Assembly: GCA_046484245.1 (NCBI GenBank)
Contig: JAWOBN010000060.1
Location: 1 to 32,898, forward strand
DNA: 32,898 nt
Reading direction: 5' to 3'
Origin: a bacterium
GTDB taxonomy: Bacteria > Hydrothermota > 32-111
Below, in pieces: positions 18,537 through 27,638 of this stretch. Numbering within the stretch: the first letter of the stretch is position 1; every line of letters begins with the position of its first letter. A program made the translations under genes and the position numbers. The notes below the pieces were generated by a model that worked only from the letters and a program-made list of their open reading frames with translations, had not been told where the DNA came from and ran no database searches.

Positions 18537-19791
18537 ATACAATCCTGCCCTTTCTGATTGTAAGCTCTATCCTCCCGTCAAGTGTTTTATCCTTGAATGG
18601 TGTATTGAATGATTTGGAAGATATGAAATCCCTGTCAATAGATGTATTTGCATCAGTGTTAAAAACAGTGATGTCAGCATATGCGCCTTCTTTGATATAA
18701 TGCTCTTCAATACCGAGTATCCTGGACGGATTGTAAGCCATACTCCGCGCAATATCCCTGAAACTCAGTGTATTATCCTTGATAAGGTATGTGTAGAGTG
18801 AGACCAGTGCAGTTTCCAGACCCAGTATGCCGAATGGAGCAGCTTCAAATTCCACCTCTTTCTCATATATCTGATGCGGAGCATGGTCAGTTGCAATAAT
18901 ATCAATAATACCGTTTTTCAGAGCAGATATCAGTGCTTTCCTGTCGTTTTCTGTGCGTAGAGGGGGTTTAACCTTGTAATTTGTGTCAAAGTTCTTGTAC
19001 ACCCCGTCATTGAACAGCAGATGGTGAGGTGTGACCTCACAGGTGACATTGTCACCCCTATTCTTGAAATTCTCTATTATATCCAGTGAATGGGATGATG
19101 AAACATGGGCTATATGCATGCGGGAACCGAGATAGGATGCAATTGACAGATTCCTGTAAACAATAATATCCTCATCAATATGGGGTATGCCTTTGAGACC
19201 GGTCTCAAGGGCAATACGGGAGTCATTGATCTGCCCGCCTTCAGTAAATGCTTTGTCCTCACAGTGGGTTGTGATGAGGATATCATCCCTGAGACAGTAT
19301 TTTGCAGCATTGAACAGTATTTTACTGCTTGATGTTCCCTCGCCGTCATCGGAAAATCCCCGGGCACCTGCCTTTATCATATCATAGATCTCCGTTATTT
19401 CATTGCTCTCAAGTTTCTTGGTCAATGCACCGAAAGGGTATATATCCACTATATCTGTCTCATTGGCTCTCTTCATAAGAAATGATATTGCCTGCGGTGT
19501 GTCAGCAGGGGGCTTGGTATTGGGCATCAGGCATATACCGGTGAAACCGCCCTTTGCAGCAGCTCTGCTGCCTGACAATATGTCTTCCTTGTGCTCTTCC
19601 CCCGGTTCTCTCAGATGGACATGCATATCAATGAGGCCGGGAAGGACTGTCATGCCCTTCATATCCAATCCATCAGGGTCCGGCTTTTCCTTTATTGCCG
19701 ATATCCTGTCTTTATCAATATATATGGTTCTGTTTTTGAGTTCAGTGTCATGATTGACAATATGGCAATTATTCAGAATCATATCACTCAT
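18523..19791 (-). CDS. pyrC: Dihydroorotase (type I)
   Basis: PGLIDMHVHLREPG, MPNT.P, FSDDG, HCED, HIAHVS, EVTPHHL, TDHAPH; ATG19791 with SD GGAGG overlaps the pyrB stop. Confidence 0.96.
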   Translation of the reverse strand: MSDMILNNCHIVNHDTELKNRTIYIDKDRISAIKEKPDPDGLDMKGMTVLPGLIDMHVHLREPGEEHKEDILSGSRAAAKGGFTGICLMPNTKPPADTPQAISFLMKRANETDIVDIYPFGALTKKLESNEITEIYDMIKAGARGFSDDGEGTSSSKILFNAAKYCLRDDILITTHCEDKAFTEGGQINDSRIALETGLKGIPHIDEDIIVYRNLSIASYLGSRMHIAHVSSSHSLDIIENFKNRGDNVTCEVTPHHLLFNDGVYKNFDTNYKVKPPLRTENDRKALISALKNGIIDIIATDHAPHQIYEKEVEFEAAPFGILGLETALVSLYTYLIKDNTLSFRDIARSMAYNPSRILGIEEHYIKEGAYADITVFNTDANTSIDRDFISSKSFNTPFKDKTLDGRIELTIRKGRIVYEAE

Positions 19792-20713
19792 TATCCTTGC
19801 CTCCATTAAGCAGATAGAGTATTGCCATTCTCACAGCAACACCATTGGTGACCTGATTGAGTATCAGTGAATTATCACTGTCAGCAACAGATCCGTCAAC
19901 CTCCACACCGCGGTTAATAGGACCCGGATGCATGATCATTGTCCTCTCCCTTATTCTGTTGAATCTTTCATATGTCAGTGAATAGTATTTGATGTATTCA
20001 CTGAGAGAGGGGAACAGACCGCTCTTCTGTCTTTCAAGCTGCATTCTCAGTATATAGATTATATCTTGACTGGCTATTGCCCTGTCAATGTCATATTCAA
20101 TATTGACATCAAAATCCTCAATATAGAGCGGCATCAGTGTAGGGGGTGCGCAGAGGGTTGTGTTGATGCCCAGTTTATTGAATGACCATATAAGGGAGCG
20201 CGCAACCCTGGAATGAGCTATATCCCCGAGAATCATTATATTGAGACCATTAAAATCCTTGAAATGCTCCTTTACTGTCATCAGGTCAAGCAATGCCTGT
20301 GTTGGATGTTCGTGTATGCCGTCTCCTGCATTAATGACATTTGAATCAATGCGTTCTGCAAGGAAACGGGCAGCACCGGGTGATGAGTGTCTTATAACGA
20401 CCATGTCTGTCTTCATGGATTCAATATTTCTGGCAGTATCCAGCAATGTCTCGCCTTTTAATACAGAGGAGGTCTTTGCAGATACATTCACTGAATCAGC
20501 GGAGAGATGTTTTTCAGCAAGTGCAAATGATACAAGTGTACGCGTGCTCGGTTCAAAGAATAGATTAACAACTGTTTTGCCTCTCAGTGCAGGCACCTTT
20601 TTTATGGGTCTGTCCAGAACTTCCCTGAAGGACATGCCATTGTCAAGTATCACACCTATTTCTTCTGCTGAAAGGGATTCAATTGACAGCAGGTGTTTCT
20701 TGGTCCATTTCAA
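19784..20713 (-). CDS. pyrB: Aspartate carbamoyltransferase catalytic subunit
   Basis: FFEPSTRT, HPTQALLD, GDIAHSRV, RMQLER, MHPGP; TTG start. Confidence 0.97.
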   Translation of the reverse strand: MKWTKKHLLSIESLSAEEIGVILDNGMSFREVLDRPIKKVPALRGKTVVNLFFEPSTRTLVSFALAEKHLSADSVNVSAKTSSVLKGETLLDTARNIESMKTDMVVIRHSSPGAARFLAERIDSNVINAGDGIHEHPTQALLDLMTVKEHFKDFNGLNIMILGDIAHSRVARSLIWSFNKLGINTTLCAPPTLMPLYIEDFDVNIEYDIDRAIASQDIIYILRMQLERQKSGLFPSLSEYIKYYSLTYERFNRIRERTMIMHPGPINRGVEVDGSVADSDNSLILNQVTNGVAVRMAILYLLNGGKDNE

Positions 20714-21258
20714 TTTTCCCCCTTGATAATTTCAATATCTTCTCTACCGTCAACTTCATTGAGATGGAGATTGATTATATCATCTTTGGGAATCCTCTTG
20801 TTAAGTGCGGAATAATCGGGGCAAATAGGCAATTCCCTGCTTTGTCTGTTTATCAGTGTAAATAGTTTTATTTCATCCGGACGCCCGAAATCCATTATTT
20901 CATTGAGTGCAGACCTTATTGTCCTCCCGGTGAAGAACACATCATCAATCAGAACCACTGTCTTTGAATTGATGTCAAAGGGGATTGAGGTATGTTCTAT
21001 GGTCGGATGATAGTCAATAAGCGAGAGATCATCCCTGTAGAGATTGATGTCAATTTTACCCACAGGCAGCTCTATGCCTGCTCTCCGGGCTATTATACTG
21101 CTTACTCTTGATGCAATAATATCGCCTCTCTTGATAATGCCTATAAGCACAGTATCACTCAATGTAGGGGCGTTATCGGATATCCTGACTGCAATATCCT
21201 CTATCATTGTGCTGACAGCATTGCTGTCAGCAAGTATCTCTTTGTTTTTACTATTCAT
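20710..21258 (-). CDS. pyrR: PyrR family uracil phosphoribosyltransferase / attenuation protein
   Basis: YRDDL, VVLIDDVFFTGRTIRSAL, GRP, RELPI.PDY. Confidence 0.93.
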   Translation of the reverse strand: MNSKNKEILADSNAVSTMIEDIAVRISDNAPTLSDTVLIGIIKRGDIIASRVSSIIARRAGIELPVGKIDINLYRDDLSLIDYHPTIEHTSIPFDINSKTVVLIDDVFFTGRTIRSALNEIMDFGRPDEIKLFTLINRQSRELPICPDYSALNKRIPKDDIINLHLNEVDGREDIEIIKGEN

Positions 21259-21769
21259 TCATTGTCTTCCTTATCATCTCAATAGCCCTGTCCGGTTCAT
21301 TGGATTTGAGAAAACCTGTTATTTGATTTATTGTCTCCTCACTGAAGGGATTGCTCTTATTCCCGGAACTGTCATCAAATTCCAGATTCTTGTATGAAGA
21401 GCTTGTATTTATGACAAGCTGGCTCTCGCTGTCATCCTCCGTATTATCATTGAATATGTCTGATTTTGTCATATCCTTCTCCGGGATTGATGATAAGGAA
21501 TCCTCACTCTTCGGTGATACATCCTCAGATTCGGAGTGAGCAGACAAATCCCTGTCAGGTTCCACTGTCTCAGTGTCACTGAAATCAAATTGTTTCTTTG
21601 ACTGTGATGATTTATTGCCGAGATTCTCTATACCCTCTATTCCTGACTCATTTGATTTCTTCTCTTTAGTCTCCTGTTCCTTCGGTTTATTATCAAATAG
21701 TTTATTGAAGGGATTATTCTCTTTCCCTTCCTTTTTATTCTTGATCTTTTTGAGAAAATCTTCAGACAT
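21251..21769 (-). CDS. Acidic low-complexity hypothetical protein with a short C-terminal helical motif
   Basis: ORF overlaps both neighbours by 8 nt; SD GGGAG; S/E/D-rich middle region. Confidence 0.8.
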   Translation of the reverse strand: MSEDFLKKIKNKKEGKENNPFNKLFDNKPKEQETKEKKSNESGIEGIENLGNKSSQSKKQFDFSDTETVEPDRDLSAHSESEDVSPKSEDSLSSIPEKDMTKSDIFNDNTEDDSESQLVINTSSSYKNLEFDDSSGNKSNPFSEETINQITGFLKSNEPDRAIEMIRKTMNE

Positions 21770-22982
21770 TGACATCTCCCTCTTTATAGAGTTTTAGGTT
21801 TTTCTTCGCTTCTTCATTGAAAGGATCTATCTCAACAGCCTTCTGCCAGTTTTCAACTGCCTTCTCAACCTGATCAAGCTGTTTGTACGCATTCCCCAGA
21901 TTGAGATAGGCATCCGCAAAATCCGAGTAGTGTGAAATCGCCTTGTTCATATTCTCAATTGCCAGCTCATATTTCTTATTGTCCATGTAGAGAAGACCGA
22001 GATTATTATAACACTCGGCAAAATCAGGGAAGATCTCAATTGCCTTCTTGAAGTGCTCCTCTGCCTTGTCATACTCCTTCATCTTCAGATATGTCTGACC
22101 GATATTATTCAGTATTTCAGGGGAATCCTCATTCAGTTCAAGCGCTTTGAAGAATTGATCAAGTGCAGCCGAGAACACGCCTCTGTAGAAGAGGATAAGA
22201 CCCTTTTCATTATAATGCTTTGATTTGATTATATTGAATTCTTCCTCTCTCTTTTCACTGAGCTGCTTCTCAAATTCATATATCTGATTTGTCTTGTCTA
22301 TTGATTCATTGACCTTTGAAATGAATTCCTCCATCTTGGACAATGATTTATCAAGGAACTCCTTGTTGGAATCAGCAATATTTGAAATGGAATCAGTCTG
22401 TTTCTCCAGCAGATCTGAGAGCCTGTCAATCTTATCAGAAATATTTTCCGATGATTCACTCATCTTGACCTGCATATTATTGGATTCCTCTTCAAATGTA
22501 TTCTTCAGATTCTTCAGATGTTCATTTGATTCCTGCAGTATTGAGAGTGTCTCCGTAATTGCGTCAAGATGTATGGAAATATCATTGATGCCATTGGCAT
22601 CTTTATCAGTGACCTTGTCAATATTATCTTTTATTGTCTTGAGCGCCTCACTGATATCACTGAACATCTCTTTGCCGGGATATTCCTCTATCAGACCGTT
22701 TATGCTTTTGTCTATATCCTCAATCTTATCATTGATATTGAGTTCTCTGAGAATGGGATTCTGTTCGTCAATCCCGCCTTTGATATCCTTCATGCTTTTC
22801 ACTGCAAAATCAATGGATTCATTGGTCTGATGAATCTGTTCATAGATGCGCTCAATCTGCCTCTTTAATTCACCTATATCTTCACTGTTTATACTGCTGC
22901 CTGCAGGATTGTCACTGCCGGAAGCCGAAGGATTTTCATTCCGGTTGTCATTGTCATTATTGCTGTTGTATTGATTATCCAT
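21762..22982 (-). CDS. Coiled-coil plus C-terminal TPR protein
   Basis: Asn-rich N-terminus, long heptad region, about 4 TPRs (ILNNIGQTY, CYNNLGLLY, AYLNLGNAY..A..IDP); SD AGGAG. Confidence 0.88.
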   Translation of the reverse strand: MDNQYNSNNDNDNRNENPSASGSDNPAGSSINSEDIGELKRQIERIYEQIHQTNESIDFAVKSMKDIKGGIDEQNPILRELNINDKIEDIDKSINGLIEEYPGKEMFSDISEALKTIKDNIDKVTDKDANGINDISIHLDAITETLSILQESNEHLKNLKNTFEEESNNMQVKMSESSENISDKIDRLSDLLEKQTDSISNIADSNKEFLDKSLSKMEEFISKVNESIDKTNQIYEFEKQLSEKREEEFNIIKSKHYNEKGLILFYRGVFSAALDQFFKALELNEDSPEILNNIGQTYLKMKEYDKAEEHFKKAIEIFPDFAECYNNLGLLYMDNKKYELAIENMNKAISHYSDFADAYLNLGNAYKQLDQVEKAVENWQKAVEIDPFNEEAKKNLKLYKEGDVNV

Positions 22983-22994
22983 CATTTCTCCTTT

Positions 22995-25900
22995 TTATGT
23001 GATTATTTTATATTCTGTAAACACATTGCTTGAGATATTATTCCTGTTGACTGAGAGGGAAAGCTCCTTGTGTTCACTTAGGAGAGAGTCTATTTCCCCG
23101 TAATACCCCATCTTCTTGAAGAGGTTTATAAGGAAAGATATGTGCTCAACCTTCTTTGAATGCCTCAGATTTGAGGCTATCTGCAGAGCAAATATGAGGT
23201 TGTTGGATTTTTCGCTTATCTTACCCAGATAGTATAGACGGTCAAAATCCAATTCCTTTTTACTGAATCTATGACTGAGGAGTTCCCTGGCTTTGTCAAA
23301 ATTATTCTGCGAAATAAGGTATTTTGCGTATTCAAGCCTGATCTCTTCCTTATCCTTATTCTTGCTGAACTGCTCCTTAAGGCGGTATATCCTGCTGCTC
23401 TTCTCCTCTTCATAGAACTGAACAAGCACAGTGTAGAAGAGCTCCCTGTTCTCCTGTTTCATCCTGTAGATGATGTCGGATGCCTTTTCCTCATTATCTG
23501 TTTTCCTGTATGCCTGTGCAAGGAGCATGCCTGAACGGAATTTCATCTCCGGATTCTCGCTTCTGTCAAAGATATTATGAGAGAGTTCAATAAGCTTTTC
23601 ATAATTATCCAGATTGTAGTATATCTTGGATAGAAGCATGAGAGCATTGGACTGATTGGGATACTGGTCAAGAAGATCATTCAATTTATCCCTTATAATG
23701 CCGTGCTTTGAAAAATCAGAAATATATACTGCATTGAGCCAATTGACTGATGATGAGTAATCCCCCTTCTCTTTGTAGAGGTCAGAGAGGAACAGCTGGA
23801 TATCAATATTCTTATCGGGGAATTCAAGCAGTTTATCCAGTACATCATCTATCTGGCTTTTGTCAATAGAGAGTATCTTATTGAATATATCAATTGCCCT
23901 GTCAATCTCCTCCATCTGGAGATATGAATCACCCATTGACATGAGAATCACGGGATTATCCGGTTCCTTTGCCAGCATTGTATTGTAATATTCAATTACA
24001 TTGTTGGATTCTCTGGGGTCAATTGTCTCTATCTGTCTCAGTATCTGAATTGCCTGGACATAATTTGCCATCTCAATATATATCTGTGCCAGTGAGAATC
24101 TCGCATATATATCATCAGGATGTGTATTGGTGATATTCCTCAACTGATTGAGCACAGGCTGCTTGAGATCTGTCTCTATGGACATTGCATTGTAGAGATA
24201 ATCAGCTGACATCTTCGGCATATTCTTTTCATAGTACAGAACACCCATCAGATAGAGAATCTCTCCGCTTTCAATATTCTCATTCTCCTGAAGTGAGGAG
24301 AGATGATTGAGTATCGGTTCTATGAAAGAATGGTCCAGCTCATAGGTCTCTTTGAATTTCTGAACAGCTTTCTTATATTCCTTGGAAATGAGGAACAGTC
24401 TGCCCAGACCGAATGTTATCTTGGGATTGCTCCTGTTTGTTTCATAGAAATTAAGCAGATCCCTGGTGACTGTCTTTATCTGGCTGTTGTCCAATTGATA
24501 TATATTCATAAGCTCGTCAACAGCCTCGGATATCATATTGTTGTTATTATAGGCATGGGCAAGTGCATAGTGAAGACGGATGGATGAATAATCAACATCC
24601 AATGCCTCTTTCAGTATTGTGATTGCTTCTTCTATGATTGAATTATCCAGTGTAATCGCCTGGAATATGTATTGAGCAGCATCATCCACCTTGCCTTTCT
24701 TTGCATAGGATTTGCCTATGTAATATCTTACAACACCGCTTCTCTCATCAGGAATATTCTCAATAAAATCATCCGATTCATTGATTATCCTTTCATACAT
24801 GCCCATTTCGTCAAGCACCATCAATATGTTCTTTACAATTTCATAATTATCCGGCTGATGCCTGTATAGAACATACAAATTGTCCAGTACATGCCCTATG
24901 AGGTCTTTGTTATCATGCAGCTGCATTGTGGACTGCAGGGCTTTATCAAAGTTTTCCTTTGCAATATGATATTTGAATTTGAATTCAAGAATATTGGTAT
25001 CGTCAGGATACCGTCTGCTGAGCCGCTCTCCGATCTCCATTATGGCATCTTCCTTGTCAGGATAATTCTCCAGCATTCTCATTATATTATCTATGGAATC
25101 CTTGACATTGCCTGCCAGATAAAGGGTCTCTGTGAGCGTGTAGTCATAAAGGAAAGGGTCAATACTGTTTCTGTCAATTCCCTTTATGATGTCAAGTATG
25201 CCTGCGGCAATTTCACTGTCTTCACTTGCAGGTTCATAAAAGGCGGGGATAATGTCATACAGTATACTGTTCTTCCGGGAAACAGCTTTCATTATAATGG
25301 ACTTGCTCTCTGTAATTTTCCTGTTCTTTATCAGTGCAAGCGCGTATCCGAGCAGGAAATCAGTGTTTTCCGGATACTTCTCATGGAGTTTCCTGTAGTG
25401 ATTCTCAGCAATTTCACTGTACCTGTCACCCTCAAGGGAGAAGACATACTCAAGCAATGTACCGGATTTCTCCGGCTGCCCCCTGTTGTAGTATATTGAG
25501 AGCAGGAGGTCCAGTCCCGTCAAATTGGTCTCATCATGTTCAAGCAGTTTGTTGACATACTCCTCTATTTCAAAAGCAGAACTCTTGTCCTCTGCGTAGA
25601 GGTCCGCAAGCAGGCGGGCTGCTTCATCAAACTGTTCTTTCTCTATCAGTATGCCTGACTCCAGTATTGTCAGGTCATTATTGTCAAAATCATTCTCTCT
25701 TATTTTTGTTATTCTCTGCAGTATCCAGTCAAGTGCGGATTTATCCTTCTTGAATAATACTATCAGATTTGTTGCTGCCTGTTCATAATCCCTCTGTATC
25801 ATTGTAATGTCGGTGATGAGTTTATAAGCCTCTGTGATACTGTCATCCTTTTCCGTAATCTCCCTGGCGCGCCTCAGTATATTCTTTGCATCAGCAGGAT

Positions 25901-26765
25901 CCTCTTCAATGATCTCCCTCATGATACTGACTGCTTTGGAATAGTCTCCTTTGTTTATATATACATCGGCGAGTGATAATTTTGAGTCCTTTGATATATT
26001 CTGTGTGTCGGTGATTGTATCATCCAGTTTTGATGCAATCTCTTCCTTTTTGTCGGGATTGATCTTTATTGCCTTCTGGAAATAGGTGATTGCCTTATCC
26101 TTGTCATCCATCAGCAGATAGAAATCACCAATGTGGATGTAGGGGTCGGGATTGGAATAATTGAACTTGGTTGCTGCAAGGTATTCCTCCAGTATGAAAT
26201 TCCTGTCACTGGGCTGTTTCTTGAATGGTATTGTAAAGAGATTCCGGGCTTCTTCATACTGACTTGTCTTGAGCATCATAATGCCCGCCATCAGGAATAT
26301 CTCAATGTCCTTCTTTGTGAACTGGTCAAAGTTCCTTGCTTCCTTGACCGCTTCCACCTTTGTTTTGAAATTCTCAACGAGTTTGTCACTCTCATCCTTT
26401 GAAAAGGTATCTATTATCTTCTGAATCTTCTGGACATCGCGTTTCTTTATATACAGTTCAATGAGCAATGCTCCTGTATCAATCTTTTCAGAAGCCTTGA
26501 AATGAAAATCCTCCAGTATATTTATTATTTCATCTATCTTTTCGGATTTCATGAAATAGGCATTCTTTACAGAGAGCACTGATTCGGGGAGTTTATTCTG
26601 CTCAAACTGGACCCTTGCCAGTTCAAGAAGGAAAATGTAATCCTCTTTCTTATTCTTGATATTCTTCTTTAATGTCTCTTCTGCCTTGTCGTATTTACCC
26701 TCAAGACGCAGTTTCTGACATTTTTCAACAATTTTCTTCGGATCCCGTGAGAAAAAGTCCAGCAT
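22995..26765 (-). CDS. Giant (~1256 aa) cytoplasmic TPR-repeat protein
   Basis: Many TPR-like units (PYIHIGDFY..A..FQKAIKINP; LHYALAHAY; ARFSLAQIY; ILMSMGDSY); no signal peptide or TM; SD AAGGAGG. Confidence 0.88.
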   Translation of the reverse strand: MLDFFSRDPKKIVEKCQKLRLEGKYDKAEETLKKNIKNKKEDYIFLLELARVQFEQNKLPESVLSVKNAYFMKSEKIDEIINILEDFHFKASEKIDTGALLIELYIKKRDVQKIQKIIDTFSKDESDKLVENFKTKVEAVKEARNFDQFTKKDIEIFLMAGIMMLKTSQYEEARNLFTIPFKKQPSDRNFILEEYLAATKFNYSNPDPYIHIGDFYLLMDDKDKAITYFQKAIKINPDKKEEIASKLDDTITDTQNISKDSKLSLADVYINKGDYSKAVSIMREIIEEDPADAKNILRRAREITEKDDSITEAYKLITDITMIQRDYEQAATNLIVLFKKDKSALDWILQRITKIRENDFDNNDLTILESGILIEKEQFDEAARLLADLYAEDKSSAFEIEEYVNKLLEHDETNLTGLDLLLSIYYNRGQPEKSGTLLEYVFSLEGDRYSEIAENHYRKLHEKYPENTDFLLGYALALIKNRKITESKSIIMKAVSRKNSILYDIIPAFYEPASEDSEIAAGILDIIKGIDRNSIDPFLYDYTLTETLYLAGNVKDSIDNIMRMLENYPDKEDAIMEIGERLSRRYPDDTNILEFKFKYHIAKENFDKALQSTMQLHDNKDLIGHVLDNLYVLYRHQPDNYEIVKNILMVLDEMGMYERIINESDDFIENIPDERSGVVRYYIGKSYAKKGKVDDAAQYIFQAITLDNSIIEEAITILKEALDVDYSSIRLHYALAHAYNNNNMISEAVDELMNIYQLDNSQIKTVTRDLLNFYETNRSNPKITFGLGRLFLISKEYKKAVQKFKETYELDHSFIEPILNHLSSLQENENIESGEILYLMGVLYYEKNMPKMSADYLYNAMSIETDLKQPVLNQLRNITNTHPDDIYARFSLAQIYIEMANYVQAIQILRQIETIDPRESNNVIEYYNTMLAKEPDNPVILMSMGDSYLQMEEIDRAIDIFNKILSIDKSQIDDVLDKLLEFPDKNIDIQLFLSDLYKEKGDYSSSVNWLNAVYISDFSKHGIIRDKLNDLLDQYPNQSNALMLLSKIYYNLDNYEKLIELSHNIFDRSENPEMKFRSGMLLAQAYRKTDNEEKASDIIYRMKQENRELFYTVLVQFYEEEKSSRIYRLKEQFSKNKDKEEIRLEYAKYLISQNNFDKARELLSHRFSKKELDFDRLYYLGKISEKSNNLIFALQIASNLRHSKKVEHISFLINLFKKMGYYGEIDSLLSEHKELSLSVNRNNISSNVFTEYKIIT

Positions 26766-26791
26766 CAATCCTCCTTAATATATATTAAAAT

Positions 26792-26819
26792 ATTTTACAT
26801 ATAATACGCAGTCTGTCAA
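26792..26819 (-). promoter_or_regulatory. sigma70 promoter of the TPR-pyr-cyclase operon
   Basis: Minus strand: TTGACA, 16 nt, TAAAAT. Confidence 0.65.
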
Positions 26820-26840
26820 ATGAAAATTATTGTTATTAAC

Positions 26841-26869
26841 TTGACAAATCATATCTATCAATGTAAACT
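26841..26869 (+). promoter_or_regulatory. sigma70 promoter for lepB
   Basis: TTGACA, 17 nt, TAAACT; implies the true lepB start is ATG26889 rather than 26820. Confidence 0.7.
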
Positions 26870-26888
26870 ATATGCTCAACTGATTATT

Positions 26889-27638
26889 ATGAATAAGAAT
26901 AAAGATAGAAAAACTACAAAACAGAAGGCATTTGACTGGGCAGAGGCAATACTCTTTGCCCTTGTTGCCATATTCCTCATTAAATCATTCTTCATGCAGT
27001 CCTACATGGTTTTCTCCGGTTCTATGGAGAATACACTTCTTATCAATGATCTGCTCTTTGTCAACAGATTGAAGTATTCCACCAATATACCCTTTACATC
27101 CGAGGAGATAATAAGATACAGAGATCCCGAGAGGGGTGAGATTGTTGTCTTTAAATTCCCAATAGACGGAAGGCCCTTTGTCAAGAGATGCGTGGGACTG
27201 CCTGGTGACACAATTGAGGTGAAGCATAAGACACTGTATATAAACGGCAGAAAGTACAATGAACCCTTTGCTGTCCACAGGGACAAGAGAGAGTTCCCGG
27301 CACTTCAGGAAATATACCCGTATGAGATTACCCAAGAGGAATATCAGGAACTCTGGGAGAATGGTGAATTCTACAATAACAGATATATCAGTGCTTCTGC
27401 CCGCGATAATTTCGGTCCTGTTGTTGTGCCTGAAGAACATTACTTCATGATGGGCGACAATAGGGACAATTCCGATGACTCGCGTTTCTGGGGGCCTCTG
27501 GACAGGGAGTATATACTGGGCACTCCAATGATCTACTATTTCTCCTTTGACAAATCCGATCCCATCTGGAAGATATGGGAATTTATAAGGTGGGAGAGAA
27601 TATTAAGACCGGTAAAGTGGAAAACATACTCCTACTGA
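26889..27638 (+). CDS. lepB: Signal peptidase I
   Basis: TM helix, SGSMENTL (catalytic Ser), RGEIVVF, FVKRCVGLPGD (catalytic Lys), MGDNRDNSDDSRFWG. Confidence 0.96.
   Translation: MNKNKDRKTTKQKAFDWAEAILFALVAIFLIKSFFMQSYMVFSGSMENTLLINDLLFVNRLKYSTNIPFTSEEIIRYRDPERGEIVVFKFPIDGRPFVKRCVGLPGDTIEVKHKTLYINGRKYNEPFAVHRDKREFPALQEIYPYEITQEEYQELWENGEFYNNRYISASARDNFGPVVVPEEHYFMMGDNRDNSDDSRFWGPLDREYILGTPMIYYFSFDKSDPIWKIWEFIRWERILRPVKWKTYSY

Noticed and set aside
26820..26888. N-terminal extension of LepB in the ORF track
   Set aside because: The region contains the lepB promoter (TTGACA-17-TAAACT); ATG26889 is the plausible start.
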